Shown piece after piece: positions 63,285 through 64,000 of a DNA stretch of 64,000 nucleotides. The number at the start of each line of letters is the position of its first letter. Within the stretch, counting starts at the first letter, position 1. A program made the position numbers and the translations under genes. The notes under the pieces are model-generated. The model did not search any database and had not been told where the DNA came from. It saw only the letters and a program-made list of their open reading frames with translations. This DNA is from Squalus acanthias (Eukaryota). The stretch is from NCBI GenBank assembly GCA_030390025.1, contig CM059438.1, forward strand, positions 59,212,001 through 59,276,000, in the 5' to 3' direction.

Positions 63285-64000
63285 AACCCTTTCAATACGC
63301 TCCAGCCTGTAACTCACTCCCGGGTATCTGTTATTCTATATAAAACCCCCTGAATCCCTTAATTAGATTCCAGCCTGTAACTCACTCCCGGGTATCTGTT
63401 ATTCTATATATAAACCCCCTGAATCCCTTAATTAGATTCCAGCCTGTAACTCACTCCCGGGTATCTGTAATTCTATATATAAACCACCTGAATCCCTTAA
63501 TTAGATTCCAGCCTGTAACTCACTCCCGGGTATCTGTTATTCTATATATAAACCACCTGAACCCCTCGATTAGATTCCAGCCTGTAACTCACTCCAGGAT
63601 ACGATTATTCTATATATAAACCCCCAAACCCCTCAATTAGATTCCAGTCTGTAACACACTCCCGGGTATCTGTTTATCTATATATAAACCCCCCGAACCC
63701 CTCGATTAGATTCCAGCCTGTAACGCACTCCCGGGTATCTGTTATTCTATATATAAACCACCCCAATCCCTCGTTTAGATTCCAGCCTGTAACTCACTCT
63801 CGGGTATCTGTTACTCTATATATAAACCCCCCGAATCCCTCAATTAGATTCCAGCCTGTAACTCACTCTCGGGTATCAGTTATTCTATATATAAACCCCC
63901 CCGAATCCCTCAATTAGATTCCAGCCTGTAACTCACTCGCGGGTATCAGTTATTCTATATATAAACCCCCCGAATCCCTCAATTAGAATCCGTCCTGTAA
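63285..64000. repeat. ~69-bp tandem satellite, about 10 copies, running off the right edge
   Basis: AGATTCCAG (AGAATCC in the last copy) recurs at 63365, 63434, 63503, 63572, 63639, 63708, 63777, 63846, 63916, 63985; the unit contains AACTCACTCCCGGGTATCTG and TATATATAAACCCC. Confidence 0.97.

Overview
Vertebrate genomic DNA, most likely from a cartilaginous fish (shark-type CR1 and L2 LINE tails, a DeuSINE/SacSINE1-like element, fish-type Harbinger transposons); the species is inferred, not determined. The only intact host gene I can support is TOR4A (torsin family 4A, single coding exon, minus strand, 1707-2984). About 63% of the window (9057-49507) is one ~40-kb array of a 24-bp repeat, which produces all of the huge Cys/Leu/Val-rich ORFs in the ORF track; these are artefacts. 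A 17/18-bp minisatellite runs off the left edge and a ~69-bp satellite runs off the right edge. 50.4-63.3 kb is a nested cluster of decayed elements: a fragmented CR1, a two-gene Harbinger (spliced Myb/SANT gene plus DDE transposase), an internally deleted Harbinger with intact TIRs, and a 714-bp TIR element nested in it. I found no convincing new multi-gene system. The most interesting candidates: an L2 tail that appears to supply the TOR4A splice acceptor, a hammerhead-ribozyme-like Penelope remnant in sense orientation 3' of TOR4A, a shared CAGAGTGAGGG core in the two arrays flanking TOR4A, and a MITE carrying promoter-like motifs and several consensus splice donors.
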